Below, one piece after another: positions 61,137 through 64,000 of a DNA stretch of 64,000 nt. Origin of the DNA: an uncultured Alphaproteobacteria bacterium (GTDB lineage Bacteria > Pseudomonadota > Alphaproteobacteria > RF32 > CAG-239). The translations under genes were made by a program, and so were the position numbers. The first letter of the stretch is position 1; each line of letters starts with the position of its first letter. The stretch spans positions 47,367 to 111,366 of the forward strand of contig CALXVY010000001.1 of the NCBI GenBank assembly GCA_944392255.1, read 5' to 3'. Under the pieces are notes generated by a model. It was not told the origin of the DNA. It saw nothing but the letters and a program-made list of their open reading frames with translations, and made no database searches.

Positions 61137-61946
61137 TTAACCTTTCTTAATCTCCACCACCACCGGCACATGGTCGGATGGACGCTCACCAGCGCGCCAA
61201 TCTTTCAAAATTTTGTAGCTGACCACGCGGTCTTTGAGGTTGGGCGAAACCCAAATATGGTCCAAACGACGCCCTTTGTCATTGGTTTGCCAGTTGGGGT
61301 TGCGATAACTCCACCAGGTAAAAATTTTCTCCGGCTCGGGGTGAAATTCGCGCGCAATGTCCACAAAATCAAGCGAGGCTTTAAGGCGGTTCAAACGCTC
61401 CACTTCGATCGGTGTATGCGATACGATTTTCAAAAGCTGTTTGTGATTCCATACGTCATTTTCATAAGGCGCAACGTTAAAATCACCGCAAAGCAGCATT
61501 TTTTTGTTCATGAGCTCACTTTTGTGCTGTTCATAGTATTCCGATATATCATCCATAAATGTCAGCTTGTGCGCAAAAGAAAGATTCTCTATCGGGTCGG
61601 GAATATCTCCGCCCGCCGGAATATAAATATCGTTGATTTCAATATCATCAAACACGCATGCTTTGATATGGCGCGCATCTTTTTTGCCTACCCAGTCGCA
61701 ACGCGCCACATTTTGCAAAGGAACTTTGCTCAAAATTGCCACACCGTTATATCCGGCCATGCCGTAAAGAGCAATTTCAGGGTAGCCTAAAGCACGAATA
61801 GCATCAAAGGGAAAATCTTCTTCCTTGGCTTTTACTTCTTGTAAGCAGATAATGTCCGGATTTTCGGATTCAACTAATTTTTTCAGAGCATCCATACGGA
61901 TTCGAATGGAGTTAGCATTCCATGTGGCGAGTTTGAAGGTCGTCAT
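61137..61946 (-). CDS. xth: Exodeoxyribonuclease III
   Basis: TWNANS, LQEVK, GYNGVAI, GDFNVAP, FTWWSYR, RLDH, SDHVPV. Confidence 0.96.
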   Translation of the reverse strand: MTTFKLATWNANSIRIRMDALKKLVESENPDIICLQEVKAKEEDFPFDAIRALGYPEIALYGMAGYNGVAILSKVPLQNVARCDWVGKKDARHIKACVFDDIEINDIYIPAGGDIPDPIENLSFAHKLTFMDDISEYYEQHKSELMNKKMLLCGDFNVAPYENDVWNHKQLLKIVSHTPIEVERLNRLKASLDFVDIAREFHPEPEKIFTWWSYRNPNWQTNDKGRRLDHIWVSPNLKDRVVSYKILKDWRAGERPSDHVPVVVEIKKG

Positions 61947-61949
61947 TTT

Positions 61950-62567
61950 TTATCTTTTCTTATAGTTAAGCGGATTCTTTTTGTCTTTGCGGAATTGGAA
62001 CAATTTGCTGTCCAAATCAACATCTTTTTGCGCACCATAAAGCGAAACCGTCACTTCCACCGATTGTGGGTCGGTGACTTTCCACTGTTTGAGCTCAAAC
62101 GGCTCTTTGCTAAAAATGAGGGTAATGGGGTTAATATCTTTCTTTTGCGGATATTCAACGACAATCATGATTGTACCGCGGTCTTCATAAAAGTCGATAA
62201 CTTTGAGGTTGCGTCCGTCGATTTTAATATCATTTGCCAAAATGAGAGTAGCCGGAATATCGTCATAATCAATATGTGTCACTTGGTCGAGCTCTTTGTC
62301 ATTATAAACAATAAACTCGCCATTGCCGATGATATCAACATCAACCGGAGCGCCATATTCCATGCGAATTTTGTTAGGTTTGGCAATATAAATTTTTCCC
62401 TCGGCGGTTGAGCCATTGCTTGCCGTTTGCACAAATTCGGCTTCCAAAGTCTTCAGATTATTGAGATAAGACTCAATTTGAGCAATTTGTTCGGCGCTGG
62501 GTTGAGCAGCCTGAACATTAAAAGCAGATAAACTCAAGAACAAAAGCAAAGTCAAAAATTTTTTCAT
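61950..62567 (-). CDS. lolA: Outer membrane lipoprotein carrier LolA family
   Basis: Signal peptide, AEFVQ, GKIYIAKPNKIRMEY, LKQWKVTD; lolA-xth synteny; start at MKKFL (62567). Confidence 0.88.
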   Translation of the reverse strand: MKKFLTLLLFLSLSAFNVQAAQPSAEQIAQIESYLNNLKTLEAEFVQTASNGSTAEGKIYIAKPNKIRMEYGAPVDVDIIGNGEFIVYNDKELDQVTHIDYDDIPATLILANDIKIDGRNLKVIDFYEDRGTIMIVVEYPQKKDINPITLIFSKEPFELKQWKVTDPQSVEVTVSLYGAQKDVDLDSKLFQFRKDKKNPLNYKKR

Positions 62568-62589
62568 ATTGTCAAAACCTTTTTTAATT

Positions 62590-63513
62590 TTAAGCGTTGC
62601 GCGCTTTGAAAATGCCGTTTTCAAAACCTTGAATTTCTTTGTTGCTTTCAGCCATTTCCAAGCGTTTTTCGGTGAGGGCGGCATATTCTTTTTCGCGCTC
62701 AATTCCAATATAGTTTCGATTAAGTTTTTTTGCAACCACCGATGTTGTTCCAGAGCCGACAAATGGGTCAAGAATAACATCACCCTCGTTACTGGAAGCC
62801 AAGATAAGTTTGGCAATCAACTTTTCGGGTTTTTGGGTGGGGTGATTTGTGTTTTCCGGCATCGACCAGAATGGAATGGAAATATCCGTCCAAATGTTGG
62901 AAGGATGGGTCAGGCGGGTTTTGCTTGTGCCGTCATCAACCCAGTCTTTGGGCTTGCCGTTTTTATCACGATACGGGGCAATCACCGGACGTTGAATTTT
63001 AACTGCGTCCAGATTGAAGGTATAATCTTTGCTTTTGGTAAAAAACCAAATATCTTCAAGGCAATTTTTCCAGTTGTTTTGCGCGCCTCTGCCTTTTTCT
63101 CTCTCCCAAGAAATGCGGTTTTGCAAAAGAAAATATTTTCCAGCCACTTCCGGAATGGTAATTGAAGTCTTCCAATCCGAGCAAATGTAAATTGAGCCGT
63201 TTTCTTTGAGCAGATGTGCGGTTTTTTTGAGCCATTTATCCAGCCATTTTTTATATTCTTCCAAGCCCATTTCTTTGAAAGTGGTGCCGGAAAAACTTTT
63301 GGTCAGATTATATGGCGGGTCAACAATAATCAAATCAATTGAAGATTCGGGTAAAAGATCAAGTGCCTTAAAAGTGTCTTGGTGTAAGGTTTTGTTGAGA
63401 ACATAGTCCAAAGAAACACGAGCCGAAATCTTAATGGCTCTTTTGCCATATTCATTGATTTCGGCTTTTGTCAGTTCAATGGTTTTATTACGTGGCGCTT
63501 TGTCTTTTTTCAT
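62590..63513 (-). CDS. Solitary beta-class N6/N4 DNA methyltransferase
   Basis: DPPY precedes HPTQKP and DPFVGSGTT; no adjacent endonuclease. Confidence 0.92.
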   Translation of the reverse strand: MKKDKAPRNKTIELTKAEINEYGKRAIKISARVSLDYVLNKTLHQDTFKALDLLPESSIDLIIVDPPYNLTKSFSGTTFKEMGLEEYKKWLDKWLKKTAHLLKENGSIYICSDWKTSITIPEVAGKYFLLQNRISWEREKGRGAQNNWKNCLEDIWFFTKSKDYTFNLDAVKIQRPVIAPYRDKNGKPKDWVDDGTSKTRLTHPSNIWTDISIPFWSMPENTNHPTQKPEKLIAKLILASSNEGDVILDPFVGSGTTSVVAKKLNRNYIGIEREKEYAALTEKRLEMAESNKEIQGFENGIFKARNA

Positions 63514-63525
63514 TGTAGAAACGAA

Positions 63526-63804
63526 CTATTCTTCGCCAAATTTATTATTAACCAAATCGGTAATGGCTTGCAAAGCTTCTTGAGCTTGCGCGCCGGAGCA
63601 GTTAACTTTGATAGTGGTGCCTTTGGAGGCAGCAAGCATCATCAAACCCATGATAGAGCAACCGCTAACGGTTTGACCGATTCTTTCAACTTCCACTTCG
63701 CAATCAAACGGAGCAACGGTTTTAACAAAAGCGGCAGCAGCGCGGGCATGTAAGCCTTTTTTGTTTTGAATTGTAAGTTCAGCGGTAAGAACATTATCAG
63801 ACAT
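63526..63804 (-). CDS. ptsH: Phosphocarrier protein HPr/NPr
   Basis: GLHARAAA (His15), SIMGLMMLAA (Ser46), FGEE. Confidence 0.95.
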   Translation of the reverse strand: MSDNVLTAELTIQNKKGLHARAAAAFVKTVAPFDCEVEVERIGQTVSGCSIMGLMMLAASKGTTIKVNCSGAQAQEALQAITDLVNNKFGEE

Positions 63805-63806
63805 GG

Positions 63807-64000
63807 CTACATTCCCAACAATTGTGAAGCAATATTAATATATTTTTTGCCGGCTTCTTGAGCACCTTCAACCGTTTCTTTCATGGTTTTGTCTTTGCGA
63901 AGGGAGGCAATTTTGATGAGCATCGGCAAGTTCATTCCGGCCAAAATCTCGACATTGGCTCTGTCCATGATAGAGATAGCCAAGTTAGAAGGTGTGCCGC
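63807..64000 (-). CDS. manX: PTS mannose-type EIIA component, 5' end outside window
   Basis: Manual translation GTPSNLAISIMDRANVEILAGMNLPMLIK...GKKYINIASQLLGM*. Confidence 0.9.
   Translation of the reverse strand, partial: GTPSNLAISIMDRANVEILAGMNLPMLIKIASLRKDKTMKETVEGAQEAGKKYINIASQLLGM

Noticed and set aside
62568-62816. ORF-track N-terminal extension of lolA
   Set aside because: Overlaps the methyltransferase; the signal peptide begins at MKKFL (62567).
62590-63513. Assigning the methyltransferase as CcrM
   Set aside because: Shares only generic beta-class motifs, is shorter than CcrM and has a different N-terminus.

Overview
Low-GC alphaproteobacterial chromosome segment spanning the replication origin. 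Gene order (secB-timA-mltA-smr, dnaQ-coaE | oriC | rho, mnmE-mnmG-rsmG-parA-parB, mlaE-mlaF-radA-cvpA, ffs-dnaX-ybaB-recR, gpmI-envC-ctpA-rppH, polA, gyrB, lolA-xth, manX-ptsH) is typical of Rhodospirillales-like alphaproteobacteria, with several usual neighbours missing, which suggests a reduced, host-associated lineage (inference). The coaE-rho gap carries DnaA boxes, three CtrA-type TTAA-N7-TTAAC sites and GANTC sites. Two parS palindromes lie inside mnmG and rsmG, and the SRP RNA precedes dnaX. The most striking unexplained structure is a set of three 200-300 bp minus-strand leaders (about 5.73-6.03 kb, 30.14-30.34 kb and 60.90-61.11 kb). They have unrelated primary sequence but the same RNA architecture: promoter, GAGA-tetraloop hairpin, a/b target boxes, a C4-antisense-like folded unit with a'/b' boxes complementary to its own targets, and an intrinsic terminator overlapping that unit. 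Each drives one non-phage accessory gene (KpsC-like glycosyltransferase, XRE HTH protein, lipoprotein). Also notable: two A9 slippage-type runs in dnaX, an 838-aa zincin plus lyase-like candidate effector, a divergent MurA plus PHP phosphatase splitting mnmG-rsmG, and several AT-leader orphan genes. No tRNA, rRNA, CRISPR array, integrase or transposase was seen. All calls are by-eye motif recognition; no database searches were run.
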